From contig JAHEYR010000001.1 in NCBI GenBank assembly GCA_023251485.1, forward strand, positions 1 to 62,683: 62,683 bases of DNA, in the 5' to 3' direction. Of the stretch, positions 8,666-19,446 are shown piece by piece; the stretch's first letter is position 1; each line of letters begins with the position of its first letter. The translations under genes and the position numbers were made by a program. Source of the DNA: Bacteroidales bacterium. Its GTDB lineage: Bacteria > Bacteroidota > Bacteroidia > Bacteroidales > Cfx3-03. The notes below the pieces were generated by a model that was not told where the DNA came from, did not search any database, and saw nothing but the letters and a program-made list of their open reading frames with translations.

Positions 8666-11419
8666 ATGAACCATGTTTTTACAATATATTCCATATTCTT
8701 TCTCGCTACAGCTTTAGTCTCATTTTTTGTTGCTTTTCTTGCCTGGCAGAGAAGATTGGTTAAAGGAGCCAAAGAGCTTTCCCTACTGATGGTAGCAGTG
8801 GGCCTAGGTGCCTTTTGTCTTATATTCGAGACCGCTACATCTATTTTGCTAGAGAAAATATTCTGGTCAAAACTCGAATATTTTGGAGGAATTGCTGCCC
8901 CCGTATGTTACTTTATTTTTGCTCTCCGTTTCACCGGGAAAGATAAGTTCCTTTCTGCAAGGCATGTTTTATTGTTGTTCTTTATTCCGGCAGTTACTTA
9001 TATTCTTGTTTTAACCAATGAAAGGCATAACCTGATATGGTCTGGGTTTTCAGCGATATCCGGAAAAACAAATCTTATAGAGTATTACCATGGATTAGGA
9101 TTCTGGATAGGCTATATTGTCTACAGCTATATTTTGCTTTTTATAGCGACTGTCTATCTTTATAGTTTTATCCTCCACCAAATAAAGACCTTCCGTTTTC
9201 AAGGCTTTATTGTTCTGGCCGGAGGATTATTCCCCTGGATCACCAGTGTGTGTTATGTCACCGGGATCAATATTGTACCGGGTTTAGATATCACTCCGGT
9301 AAGTATAAGTCTGAGTGGTATTCTGCTCGTTTATGCTATTGTTTATGCCCAATTTCTCGATTTAGTACCTATTGCTCGTGAAACATTAGTCGAAACATTA
9401 TCGGATGGTATACTTGCACTTGATAAACAAAACAGAATACAGGATATCAATCAAGCGGCATTACTATTCTTGGGTGTTTCGAAAAAAAATGTCATTGGAT
9501 ATCCTGTTAAATCATCAGGAGCCACTAATGTATTTTTATTAAATGCAGTGACTGATTCTGAATCTGTTGACCAAATAGAAGTTAATACCGATGGCAATAT
9601 CAAATTTTTTAGAATTATTAAGCAGACAATCAAAAATCAGGCGGGAAGTCGTCTTATAGTTATTCGGGATATTACTGTTCAAATAATCCGGCAGCGCGAG
9701 ATTCAGGCAGGCGAAGAACGCTATCGCAGCATGTTTACCATGTTCCGCCTGATGTCAGATAACATGCAGGATATGCTTTGGGCAAAAGACCTTGAGAAGC
9801 GGTTTATTTTTACTAATAAGACATTCTGTGAAAATATACTGAATGCAACCGATATCGATGAGCCATTGGGGAAAACACATTTGTATTTTGCTCAACGTGA
9901 ACGACTCAAATATCCAGAACAACCTGACTGGTATACTTTTGGAGAGCTGTGCCAAGATTATGACCAAGTTGTTATCAACTCAAGAAAGCAGGAACATTTT
10001 GATGAATCTGGATATATTAATGGGAAATTCTTTTTTTTAGATGTCAGGAAAGCTCCTATTTTTAACGAGAAGGGCATAATGATCGGAATTGTTGGAAGTG
10101 CACGTGACGTAACGCAGCAGAAAAGGATAGCATTAGAATTAGAAAAAAGAGATAAATTGCTTAATGCCATCGCTAATGCCACAGCTATATTAGTACAGGG
10201 AGATAATCTCGATGAAAATATTATTGCAGCTTTAGAAACGATTGGAAATGCTATAGAAGTAAGCAGCGTTTATATTTTTCAAAGTTTTTATGACCGAGAG
10301 CACCAAATGCCATTGATGAGCCAACGTTATGAGTGGACGGAGGGCAAGGTCGAGCCAAAGGTAAATAAAGGTTTGCAGAAAGTTTCATATGAATATGCCT
10401 ATCTTGGTTGGTTTGAAACGCTTTCTGAAGGAAATGTCGTTGTGGGTAATATTCGTGACTTTCCCGTGCCTGCAAAAACTGCACTTGAATTGCAGGGAAT
10501 AAAATCCATTCTTATTACACCTATTTTTATTGATAAAAAATTCTGGGGATTTATTGAATTTGATGATTGTGTGCATGAAAGAGTATGGCTCCCCACTGAG
10601 GAACGTATTCTGGCTGCAGCTGCAAATACTATTGGTGCCGCTTATCTCCGCAAGAAAAATCAGGATGAACTAGTCGTGGCCAAAGAGAGAGCCGAAGAAA
10701 GTGATCATTTGAAATCAGCCTTTCTTGCTAATATGTCGCATGAAATCAGAACTCCTATGAACGGCATTTTAGGTTTTGCCGATCTTTTAAAGGAGAAGGG
10801 ACTTACGGATGAAGAGCAATTAATGTATATAGACATCATCAGAAAAAGTGGCGTACGAATGCTCAATATTATTAACGACTTGATCGATATTTCGAAAGTA
10901 GAATCCGGGCAAATGGAAGTTAATATTACGGCATGCAATATTAATGAGCAAATCGAATATATATACATCTTCTTTAAGCCGGAAGTCGAGAAAAAAGGAA
11001 TGGAACTATTCTATAAGAATGAGTTGCCAACAGAGAAGGCCATTATTAATACCGATCGTGAAAAGATTTATGCAATCTTAACTAACCTTGTCAAAAATGC
11101 CATTAAGTATAGTGATGAAGGGATGATCGAATTTGGATATCATTTAAGTGATGAACTTGTTGAACCCGTCGAATTAACCTTTTATGTAAAAGACACGGGT
11201 ATCGGAATCCCATATGACAAACAAGAAGCCATATTCGATCGGTTTGTGCAAGCAGATATTACTGACGAAAAAGCATTACAGGGAGCTGGTTTAGGTTTGT
11301 CGATTACCAAAGCTTATGTAGAAATGCTTGGCGGAAAGATATGGGTGGAAAGCCAGGAAAAAGATGGCTCAACATTTTATTTTACCCTCCCTTATTCTTT
11401 TGAAACACAAATCCTGTAG
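8666..11419 (+). CDS. Sensor histidine kinase (N-terminal 7TM, PAS/GAF, HisKA, HATPase_c)
   Basis: About 7 N-terminal TM helices, central PAS/GAF-like regions, H-box SHEIRTPMNGILGF, N-box LVKNAIKYS, G1 DTGIGIP and G2 GAGLGLS. There is no receiver domain. Confidence 0.92.
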   Translation: MNHVFTIYSIFFLATALVSFFVAFLAWQRRLVKGAKELSLLMVAVGLGAFCLIFETATSILLEKIFWSKLEYFGGIAAPVCYFIFALRFTGKDKFLSARHVLLLFFIPAVTYILVLTNERHNLIWSGFSAISGKTNLIEYYHGLGFWIGYIVYSYILLFIATVYLYSFILHQIKTFRFQGFIVLAGGLFPWITSVCYVTGINIVPGLDITPVSISLSGILLVYAIVYAQFLDLVPIARETLVETLSDGILALDKQNRIQDINQAALLFLGVSKKNVIGYPVKSSGATNVFLLNAVTDSESVDQIEVNTDGNIKFFRIIKQTIKNQAGSRLIVIRDITVQIIRQREIQAGEERYRSMFTMFRLMSDNMQDMLWAKDLEKRFIFTNKTFCENILNATDIDEPLGKTHLYFAQRERLKYPEQPDWYTFGELCQDYDQVVINSRKQEHFDESGYINGKFFFLDVRKAPIFNEKGIMIGIVGSARDVTQQKRIALELEKRDKLLNAIANATAILVQGDNLDENIIAALETIGNAIEVSSVYIFQSFYDREHQMPLMSQRYEWTEGKVEPKVNKGLQKVSYEYAYLGWFETLSEGNVVVGNIRDFPVPAKTALELQGIKSILITPIFIDKKFWGFIEFDDCVHERVWLPTEERILAAAANTIGAAYLRKKNQDELVVAKERAEESDHLKSAFLANMSHEIRTPMNGILGFADLLKEKGLTDEEQLMYIDIIRKSGVRMLNIINDLIDISKVESGQMEVNITACNINEQIEYIYIFFKPEVEKKGMELFYKNELPTEKAIINTDREKIYAILTNLVKNAIKYSDEGMIEFGYHLSDELVEPVELTFYVKDTGIGIPYDKQEAIFDRFVQADITDEKALQGAGLGLSITKAYVEMLGGKIWVESQEKDGSTFYFTLPYSFETQIL

Positions 11420-13860
11420 TCTCCTCCAGTCAACTCCTCATCAATCAATTTCTTGCGGACAACCTTTTTCATTACCACCTTGGAGCCTTCCAATTTTTCA
11501 ATGATTGTTATTGCATTTTTAATAGAAGGTAGCTCAAATGATGCTGTTGTGTTTTGAGGTATGGTCAATTCAAAGCTGATGTTGTTCTTATTTGTTTTCC
11601 AGCTTGATTTAATCTTTCCGAAGGGTGACAGATAAGAACAGTTAACAAAATCAAGCCCAGCTTGGATAACCGGAGCAATCACAAACTTTTTGAAGCCCGG
11701 ATAATCGGGATCTGGTCTAATCCCACCCAACCATCGGTAGAACCATTCAGAAACAACACCAAACATAGGATGACAGTTTGAATAGACATTATCACTCTCT
11801 TTCCATGCCTCCCAAATGGTAGTGGCTCCTTTGTCGACCATGAATCCCCACCCTGGGAATTGTGTACTGTTGACTAAACTAAATACTTGATCGCCCAGTC
11901 CATTGGCTGATGCAGCTTCAAGTGCGTATTTTGTTCCGAAGATGCCAGTCATTAAATGCCCTGCAATTCCTTTATTAATAGACATACTCAGCGAATCTTG
12001 TGCTGCGCTTGCATCTTTTTCTGGAATCACTCCATGATACAGGAGCGAAGCAAATAGTGTCTGTTTATTGATGGCAGCATCTGTAGGGTGGTTCCAAAAT
12101 TTATTCAATAGTTTAGCTTTTAATTCTTCAGCCAACACTGCAAACTGTTTTTCATGCTGTGAGTCATTCATTAATTTGGCAAAACGGGTCATGATCTGTG
12201 CGCATTTTAAATAATGCGTTGTACCGATCAGTTGAACAGGACTGGGAATCAGTGCCTCATGATCGCTTAATCCTTTATCGACTATTCCATCAGGATGAAT
12301 GCGCTTTACTTTCTCCATCCACTTCAGATCACGTTGATACATCTCTTTAACTAACGCGACATCATTGTAATAGGTTAACAGATTATCCTGAGTAATAAGA
12401 AAAGCCGACTCCCAACTGATGCCACAATAGGAGAGACCCATATAGGGCGCTGTATCAACAAAAACAGAATCCTTCATGGCATCTACCCAATCATAAACAG
12501 TCTTTCGATAAAAGGATTGCATATCGAAATTATAGATAAACGATTCACCCACTGCATTTAAGTCGCCTCCATAACCAAACTTCTCACGAGCCGGACAGTC
12601 GGACTGTACACTGAAGAGATTTGATAGGAAGGTCTGTGTAGACATTTTCTGGATTTTGTTGAGCAGCGGTGAAGAACACTCGAAATGGTTACGTTGCTCA
12701 ACGGCAGTATTCATGGGTAGACCTTCGATATCATTGATTGCAGGTTGATATTTCAACCCCTTAATTTCAATATACCTGAAGGTATGGAAAGTAAAATCAG
12801 GTGTAAACCAGAAATCAGTGTTCTTTCCAAATCGATAAGAGTCTGTTTGCCAGGCTATATCTGGCGCTCCAGGTCCTCCGGCTCCCTTTCTTTTGATTTG
12901 GCCGCATACTGTTGTCATCGGGTCAAGCTCACCGTTTTCGTATACTCTTTCGCCAAACCGCATGATGATAGAATCTCCAAAAGCTCCTTTTAACCTGATT
13001 TTATAGGAGCCGGCAAAGTTCTCACCCATATCCACGATATAAAGATCTTTTTGAGGTGAAGTTATAGAAACCGGTGTAATTTGAGTCCTGCTCTTTATCA
13101 GAGGGAAGAAGGCTCTCTCCAATTTGCCGCCGGGACCTGTATTCATGATTGCGTTTTTCCATTCAAGATCAGGAAGCCCCTTTTTATTCCATCCTGTAAT
13201 CTCTTTGCCGGCGTCATACTTTACTCCCAGATAAACATTGTTTCTTACGATCGGTCCATACGAATATTTCCAGGATTGGTCTGTGCAGATCTCCTGTGAA
13301 GTGCCATTATCATAATAGATTATTAAACGGGCAATAAATGCAGGCTTTCCAACAGATAACCGCTCACGAAGGTTGATGTTTCCAAACATTTTAAGGGGTA
13401 GGGGATTATAGAATCCATTGCCTAAGATAACGCCCAGACAGTTATTTCCATTCTCAATCTGCTTTGTTAAATCAAACTCAGCATAGTATATTCGTTTACC
13501 GAAATCGGTCCAGGCCGGCTCTAAGGAAGAAAAACCAATCTTTTCGCCATTGATGGTTGCTGAATAATAACCGGCAGCTGTAATAAAGAGTGTTGCCTTT
13601 TTAACCTTTCCATTGCGTGTTGAAAACTCTTTTCTGAAGATAGGAGTAGGTCGATCCAAATAAAAGAGACTGTCGGATAGCGGTAATACTCGCTCATCTG
13701 AAATCCAGCATGCTTTATTAAAATCATTGATTGAATTACCAGCAGTTAATAGGGCGGAGGCATTTAGTCTCTTTCTTGATTGCGCACTTGTAGGGTGAAT
13801 TTGTGAGAATTGAAAAGCCAGAGCGATCAAGAGTGAATACAGAAAGGCGTGTTTGGTCAT
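11392..13860 (-). CDS. GH78 alpha-L-rhamnosidase, secreted
   Basis: Signal peptide. KKATLFITAAGYYSATINGEKIG matches the rhamnosidase N-domain pattern. The six-hairpin catalytic region contains DKGATTIWEAWK. The 3' end overlaps the kinase 3' end by 28 nt (convergent). Confidence 0.85.
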   Translation of the reverse strand: MTKHAFLYSLLIALAFQFSQIHPTSAQSRKRLNASALLTAGNSINDFNKACWISDERVLPLSDSLFYLDRPTPIFRKEFSTRNGKVKKATLFITAAGYYSATINGEKIGFSSLEPAWTDFGKRIYYAEFDLTKQIENGNNCLGVILGNGFYNPLPLKMFGNINLRERLSVGKPAFIARLIIYYDNGTSQEICTDQSWKYSYGPIVRNNVYLGVKYDAGKEITGWNKKGLPDLEWKNAIMNTGPGGKLERAFFPLIKSRTQITPVSITSPQKDLYIVDMGENFAGSYKIRLKGAFGDSIIMRFGERVYENGELDPMTTVCGQIKRKGAGGPGAPDIAWQTDSYRFGKNTDFWFTPDFTFHTFRYIEIKGLKYQPAINDIEGLPMNTAVEQRNHFECSSPLLNKIQKMSTQTFLSNLFSVQSDCPAREKFGYGGDLNAVGESFIYNFDMQSFYRKTVYDWVDAMKDSVFVDTAPYMGLSYCGISWESAFLITQDNLLTYYNDVALVKEMYQRDLKWMEKVKRIHPDGIVDKGLSDHEALIPSPVQLIGTTHYLKCAQIMTRFAKLMNDSQHEKQFAVLAEELKAKLLNKFWNHPTDAAINKQTLFASLLYHGVIPEKDASAAQDSLSMSINKGIAGHLMTGIFGTKYALEAASANGLGDQVFSLVNSTQFPGWGFMVDKGATTIWEAWKESDNVYSNCHPMFGVVSEWFYRWLGGIRPDPDYPGFKKFVIAPVIQAGLDFVNCSYLSPFGKIKSSWKTNKNNISFELTIPQNTTASFELPSIKNAITIIEKLEGSKVVMKKVVRKKLIDEELTGGDYRICVSKE

Positions 13861-14240
13861 TGGAATAAATTGTTGATTGGGGTCAATAAAAATACAACTT
13901 TTCTGATAAAATCGTTACTATCGCATTTCCTTTAGTTTTGTATAGCTTCAAAGTATTCATTGATAAAAAAAGTTTGGCCTCGTTTGGTTTGATTGATGTC
14001 CTACCATTTAAGAATTGTGCCATTCTTATTCTTCCTGTATTAGGTCGAAATCGGGATCGGTCTGAAAAGTTGGTAGCATTTGCTATCCCAATTTGATATA
14101 ATTCGCCTTGCTTTATGCTTCAATGTGGTTGTAATCAGTACTATATAATCTATATCCTTCGATATCTCTTAGTTTACTTAGGTTAAACTACTCTATATCA
14201 GTGGTGTTACGACTATTGGGTCCGCCATGAGTCCGGCGTG

Positions 14241-14305
14241 ACTCCTCCATCCCTTCGCCATGCCTCCACCATATTAGTGGAGGCATGGCGAAGGGATGGA
14301 GGAGT
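14241..14305. repeat. Perfect 29-bp inverted repeat (hairpin or cruciform) with a 7-nt spacer
   Basis: actcctccatcccttcgccatgcctccac (14241-14269), spacer catatta, then gtggaggcatggcgaagggatggaggagt (14277-14305). The right arm is the exact reverse complement of the left. The arms look markedly more GC-rich than the AT-rich surroundings. Confidence 0.95.
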
Positions 14306-14820
14306 TAATGTGAATTCATTTTGGTGTCATGTACTGTTGTATACGCTAAAAAGAAGCGTTTTATAGGAATATTAGGGCGGTATTAGAAAGTGGTTTCTCG
14401 CAGAATCGGAGTCTTGCATTATTTCTCAACAATGCTTCAGACTGATCTGTGATTAGGTCAAGTTTTCTGGCATGTTAATTGAGGCTTTGACCAGTATAAA
14501 AATGCTTTGTACAAGCTTATTATCAGGAAAATAATGTTGAGAAGCTGTGCCAAAATTAGTGAAAAATTACACACTCAATAAAATGATTGAAAAAAATATA
14601 CTATCGATTGGATATTTTTTGTAATTTAAACTTTTATTAGCTAGCGTTGTTTCAGTAAGCGCAATGCTGGCGTTTGAGGCATTTTATACTTAAATAATTT
14701 TATTGTTTATTTTTTGAATCGGTCTTTTTCAGTTTGAGTTGCAGGCCGTTTTCTGATTAAATACGTATTAATCATTTTGTTAATAACCAAAATAAAGATA
14801 TTCCTAAATTCTATAGAAAT

Positions 14821-15234
14821 ATGAACAACAATGATTTTATTGCAGACGGACAACATTTATTGGTAAATCTGAAAGGTAAAACCATGCTTGTTGTTGATGA
14901 TGTCGATATAAATATCGAACTCATCAAGGAGATTCTCGACGGAACAAATATGAACATTGTAGAAGAACATAATGGGCAGCAGGCTATTAATAGTTGCTTG
15001 AATGATAAAAGCATTGACATTGTGTTAATGGATATTCAAATGCCTATTATGAATGGGTATGAAGCAACGCGACAAATAAAAAGAGTACGTCCTGATCTCC
15101 CGATTATTGCACAAACTGCTTATGCTTTTGCAGAAGATATCAGTAAAAGTATGGCTGCAGGATTCAATGATTATATAGCAAAGCCTTTTGACCAGACTAA
15201 ATTACTTGAGATTATTGTGAGAAACTTTAATTAA
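14821..15234 (+). CDS. Stand-alone response-regulator receiver (CheY-like) protein
   Basis: LVVDDVDIN..DIVLMDIQMPIMNGYE..PIIAQTAYA..DYIAKPF carries the canonical DD, phospho-acceptor D, T and K receiver residues. There is no output domain. Confidence 0.9.
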   Translation: MNNNDFIADGQHLLVNLKGKTMLVVDDVDINIELIKEILDGTNMNIVEEHNGQQAINSCLNDKSIDIVLMDIQMPIMNGYEATRQIKRVRPDLPIIAQTAYAFAEDISKSMAAGFNDYIAKPFDQTKLLEIIVRNFN

Positions 15235-15258
15235 GATAGATTTATTTCAGGTTTGGGC

Positions 15259-16020
15259 TTATATAATGTAAGCTACTTCTTTAATGTTACAGGTGTAGTC
15301 ATTCCCATTTTTGTCTTCTAACAATAGTTGTCCGTATTCAGAGGTGCCATTGATTTTTGCAATCAGGGTGTTTTCATTGATTTTATAATTGCGCCACTCT
15401 CCAAAGCGATAAAGTGAATCTATGTAGTTTTCTTCTATGACCTTATTTTGGTGGCTAGCCAGTTGCATGTATCTGTAATTTAATGAGTTGCAAAGCGAAG
15501 CTAAGCAATCTTTGAGATTGGTTTCTTTGTCTGTTAAGTTCTTTATCGATATTGGATTGGGGGCATTACTCTTAAAGAGCGATTGGTTTACATTGAGTCC
15601 GATTCCTATAATGGAATCTGACAGACGACTACCCGTAATACTATTTTGGATGAGTATGCCACAGATTTTTTTATCTCCAACATAAATATCGTTGGGCCAT
15701 TTTATCTTGATGGCTTCATAGTGTTTGGGCAGGATGGATTTTAGAAAGTCTATTATGCCCAGTGATATGGCCTTACTTAACTGAAATTGATCACCTGGAT
15801 CAAGAAATATTGGGTAAAGGATGATGCTGAAAGTGAGGTTTTGAAAAGGTTCGCTTTCCCATTTGTTTTGGTCCTGACCCCGTCCTGCCGTTTGATTGTA
15901 TGCTATTATGACAGTTCCTTCTTCTTGTTGTTCAGATCGAAGCAAATTGGCAGTATAGGTGTTTGTAGATGCAGTTTGCTCAATTTCAATGATATGGCTA
16001 CCTATCACTTGTTTATTCAT
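15259..16020 (-). CDS. birA: Biotin--[acetyl-CoA-carboxylase] ligase
   Basis: GRGQDQNKWES biotin-binding loop, KWPNDIY motif, and a length of about 250 aa with no N-terminal HTH (group I BirA). Confidence 0.88.
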   Translation of the reverse strand: MNKQVIGSHIIEIEQTASTNTYTANLLRSEQQEEGTVIIAYNQTAGRGQDQNKWESEPFQNLTFSIILYPIFLDPGDQFQLSKAISLGIIDFLKSILPKHYEAIKIKWPNDIYVGDKKICGILIQNSITGSRLSDSIIGIGLNVNQSLFKSNAPNPISIKNLTDKETNLKDCLASLCNSLNYRYMQLASHQNKVIEENYIDSLYRFGEWRNYKINENTLIAKINGTSEYGQLLLEDKNGNDYTCNIKEVAYII

Positions 16021-16218
16021 CAGAATAGTAGTTTAATACAAAAGTATAACTGATCTTGGTATAAATCTTGATAATATGGTGCTATCAACAATTATTTTAA
16101 ATTAAGAGTGTGGTTTTTTACTACAACTTATTGATTTTAGGTAATAATCCACTTGTTTTTACTTTTGGGGGTTGCTTATTTTGTTTAACTTTGTAAATTG
16201 ATTTTGTAAAATAACCGA

Positions 16219-16674
16219 ATGATAAAGAGAAATTCAGAGAGATCAGAATCAGCCATGTTAGCTGATATTGTGATTAATGCTATACAAGAAAAAAAAGGCG
16301 AAAGAGTTGTCAAAATTGATATGCGACCTATAAATAGTCCGGTTGCAGATTTTTTTATTGTGTGTCAGGGTAATAGCCGTGCACAAGTAGAGGCAATAGC
16401 CGATTCAGTAGAACACGAAGTTATTGGTTCGGTAGGTGTACGCCCTTCTTTTATAGAAGGAAAGGAAAATGCAGAGTGGATGTTGATTGATTATTTTGAT
16501 GTTGTCGTTCATATCTTTCAACCTGAAGCACGCGGTTTTTACAAACTGGAAAGTTTATGGGCCGATGCTGATTTAACCGAAGTAACCGAGCCCGTTTCAG
16601 GCGTAATCATGAATGGCACTACTGCGAAAATTGCAAAACCAAAGGTTCGCAAATCTAACAAATTGAAAGCTTAA
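16219..16674 (+). CDS. rsfS: Ribosome silencing factor RsfS (IojAP family) with a basic C-terminal tail
   Basis: FFIVCQGNSRAQVEAIADSV..WMLIDYFDVVVHIFQPEARGFYKLESLWADA matches the RsfS core. The start could instead be the internal Met at 16252. Confidence 0.85.
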   Translation: MIKRNSERSESAMLADIVINAIQEKKGERVVKIDMRPINSPVADFFIVCQGNSRAQVEAIADSVEHEVIGSVGVRPSFIEGKENAEWMLIDYFDVVVHIFQPEARGFYKLESLWADADLTEVTEPVSGVIMNGTTAKIAKPKVRKSNKLKA

Positions 16675-16707
16675 TTGTTATCCGATAAAATATAACTGCA
16701 ATACAAA

Positions 16708-18768
16708 ATGGCAGACGAAAATAATAAAAAACCGAGCATTCCGGGAACTAACGGAAAACTTCCTAAACCTAAGTTTAACTTCTATTGGATTTATATTCTT
16801 TTGATAGGTGTTTTCCTTGCAATGACTTTCTTTAACTTTAACAGCACCACTAAGAAAATTGAGTGGGCCGAGTTTAAAGTGTTGATCGAGAAACAGTATG
16901 TCGATAAAATTCAAGCTGTTAATAAAGATTATGCACGGGTTTATATAAAAAAGGATAGCCTTAAACTCGACAGGTTTAAGGATGTGCGAAATTCTAAAGG
17001 ATTTGGCGCTGATTCTCCACAATATACCTACAAGTTTGGATCGTACGACTCCTTTAAAAAAGACGTTACAGACGAACAAGCAAATCTAAAGAATCCTGTT
17101 TATATAGAAAATGTGGATGAGAAAAATTGGGCTGGCGACTTTTTGAGTCTTGTCTTCCCCATCCTATTACTCATCGTTGCCTGGTTCTTTATCATGCGAA
17201 TGATGAACAAAGGCTCAGGTGGTGGTGGCCAGATTTTCAATATAGGAAAGTCAAAAGCTCAGCTTTTCGATAAGGATACCATGGTTAATATTAATTTCAA
17301 TGATGTAGCCGGCTTGCAAGAAGCCAAGGTTGAAATCATGGAGATTGTTGACTTCCTGAAAAATCCTAAGAAATATACACAACTTGGAGGTAAAATTCCA
17401 AAAGGTGCTTTGCTAGTGGGACCTCCGGGTACTGGTAAGACTTTGTTAGCAAAGGCTGTTGCCGGTGAAGCTAAAGTTCCATTCTTCTCACTTTCAGGAT
17501 CTGACTTTGTTGAAATGTTTGTGGGTGTCGGAGCTAGTAGGGTTCGCGATTTGTTTAAGCAAGCCAAAGAAAAGGCTCCTTGTATCATCTTCATTGATGA
17601 AATCGATGCTATTGGTAGAGCTCGTGGAAGAAATTCATTCACAGGTGGCAATGATGAAAGAGAAAATACGCTGAATCAGTTGCTTACTGAGATGGATGGC
17701 TTCTCCAGCAATAATGGAGTTATCATTTTAGCTGCAACAAACAGAGCTGATATCTTGGACCGTGCGCTCTTACGTGCAGGTCGTTTCGATAGACAGATTC
17801 ATGTTGAATTGCCAGATATAGAGGAACGTAAGGCTATTTTTGAAGTTCATATGCGTGGCTTGAAACTTGAAGGATCTGATACGGATGTGGATTTTCTTTC
17901 AAAACAAACTCCTGGATTTTCTGGGGCTGATATTGCTAACGTATGTAATGAAGCTGCGCTGATCGCTGCTCGTAGAAATAAAGAGATTATTGAGAAACAA
18001 GATTTTATTGATGCAATCGACCGTATCGTCGGAGGATTGGAAAAACGTAATAAAATTATTACCCGCCATGAAAAGGAGGTAATTGCCTATCATGAGTCAG
18101 GGCATGCTGCGGTGAGCTGGTTGTTAGAACATGGACACCCTCTTGTAAAAGTGACAATTGTCCCTCGGGGAAAATCATTGGGTGCCGCTTGGTACTTGCC
18201 TGAAGAACGTCAGATCACCACTTTTGAGCAGATGTTTGACGAGATGACGTCGGCAATGGGTGGAAGAGCTTCTGAAGAGATTTTCTTTGGAAAGATATCT
18301 ACCGGAGCTCTGAGCGATTTGGAAAAGGTAACCAAACAAGCCTATTCAATGGTTGTATATTTTGGCCTCAATGAAAAGATCGGTAACATAAGTTATTATG
18401 ACTCTACCGGTCAACAAGAATATACTTTTACAAAACCATACAGTGAAAAGACTTCAGAGATCATTGATCAGGAAATTCGGAAGCTTATTGAATCAGCATA
18501 CAGTAGAGCTAAAGAGGTCATCCTTGCCAATAGAGAGAAGTTGGAATCATTAGCGCTTCAGTTACTCAAAAAAGAAGTTATCTATCGCGAAGATCTTGAA
18601 GCTATTTTTGGTCCACGTCCTTTTGAGGAAGAACGCTTATTAATTGAAAATGGTGATGCTAAGCTGGAAGAAAAGGCAGCAGATTCTGAATTACCAGCTA
18701 TAGAGCCTGTTCAAACTTTGCCTCCAAAAAATACGCCAGCAGATAACGAATCACAAAACCCAGTTTAA
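16708..18768 (+). CDS. ftsH: ATP-dependent zinc metalloprotease FtsH
   Basis: Two TM segments, Walker A GPPGTGKT, Walker [12 protein letters not shown] region, and zinc site HESGHA. Confidence 0.98.
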   Translation: MADENNKKPSIPGTNGKLPKPKFNFYWIYILLIGVFLAMTFFNFNSTTKKIEWAEFKVLIEKQYVDKIQAVNKDYARVYIKKDSLKLDRFKDVRNSKGFGADSPQYTYKFGSYDSFKKDVTDEQANLKNPVYIENVDEKNWAGDFLSLVFPILLLIVAWFFIMRMMNKGSGGGGQIFNIGKSKAQLFDKDTMVNINFNDVAGLQEAKVEIMEIVDFLKNPKKYTQLGGKIPKGALLVGPPGTGKTLLAKAVAGEAKVPFFSLSGSDFVEMFVGVGASRVRDLFKQAKEKAPCIIFIDEIDAIGRARGRNSFTGGNDERENTLNQLLTEMDGFSSNNGVIILAATNRADILDRALLRAGRFDRQIHVELPDIEERKAIFEVHMRGLKLEGSDTDVDFLSKQTPGFSGADIANVCNEAALIAARRNKEIIEKQDFIDAIDRIVGGLEKRNKIITRHEKEVIAYHESGHAAVSWLLEHGHPLVKVTIVPRGKSLGAAWYLPEERQITTFEQMFDEMTSAMGGRASEEIFFGKISTGALSDLEKVTKQAYSMVVYFGLNEKIGNISYYDSTGQQEYTFTKPYSEKTSEIIDQEIRKLIESAYSRAKEVILANREKLESLALQLLKKEVIYREDLEAIFGPRPFEEERLLIENGDAKLEEKAADSELPAIEPVQTLPPKNTPADNESQNPV

Positions 18769-18780
18769 CAGGGACAACCT

Positions 18781-19446
18781 ATGGAAGAGTCGACGTCCAA
18801 GGAAAAAATGCTCAAAAGCATTCGGAATGCACTTATTCATAAATCTGAATCTCCTGTGATTGTTGGAAATCCTGAGAGAAAGATTTATGTTCCAATGACG
18901 GAAACATTGGATATCACTTTTGCTGAAGAATTCACAAAAGTCAATGGCAATTTTGTCTATTGCGAGGATATTCCTGCATTGATTGATAACTTAAAAGCAA
19001 TATTCATTGAAAATAACTGGTCGGCTGTTTTTACTGCTGACCTTCAATTGGAGAAGGTTTTAAAGGCCGCTGAGATTCCTTGTTCGACTTCACAAGAAGA
19101 TTTTCTGAAAACGAAAGTGGGGGTGACATTTTGTGAATCACTAGTCGCCAGAGTGGGTGCTATTGTGATATCGTCAAAGCAAACAGCAGGACGGAAATTG
19201 AATATTTATCCTGAGACCCATGTTGTTATAGCGATGGCCTCTCAAATTGTACCGGATGTCCCGACTGCTTTAAAGACGTTGCGGACAAAATATGCAAATC
19301 AGTTTCCTTCATTGATCAGTATTATCACAGGACCAAGTATTTCTTTTGGTATTGAAAATCTGAAAGTAACTGGTGCAACCGGGACACGAAATTTATTTGT
19401 CTTTCTTGTTGATGACTCACCTGTAAATCCTGAAAATGGAAATTGA
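18781..19446 (+). CDS. LUD-domain (LutC/YkgG-like) protein
   Basis: C-terminal ITGPSISFGIENLKVTGATGTRNLFVFLVD resembles the LutC GPSRTADIE..G.HGP..L.V.LV block. The size is about 220 aa. Confidence 0.65.
   Translation: MEESTSKEKMLKSIRNALIHKSESPVIVGNPERKIYVPMTETLDITFAEEFTKVNGNFVYCEDIPALIDNLKAIFIENNWSAVFTADLQLEKVLKAAEIPCSTSQEDFLKTKVGVTFCESLVARVGAIVISSKQTAGRKLNIYPETHVVIAMASQIVPDVPTALKTLRTKYANQFPSLISIITGPSISFGIENLKVTGATGTRNLFVFLVDDSPVNPENGN

Noticed and set aside
14720-14752. Terminator-like hairpin upstream of the receiver gene as evidence for an attenuator or riboswitch
   Set aside because: The stem is only 6 bp including one G:U pair, the loop is 17 nt, and I recognise no conserved riboswitch core nearby. 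It is mentioned only as a weak element within the gap finding.
16678-17079. 133-aa minus-strand ORF spanning the rsfS-ftsH junction
   Set aside because: It is antisense to the ftsH 5' region, with a hydrophobic and irregular composition and no recognisable domain. The ftsH call is unambiguous.
17259-17651. 130-aa minus-strand ORF inside ftsH
   Set aside because: It is the antisense frame of the highly conserved AAA module, a common artefact of codon-biased conserved genes.
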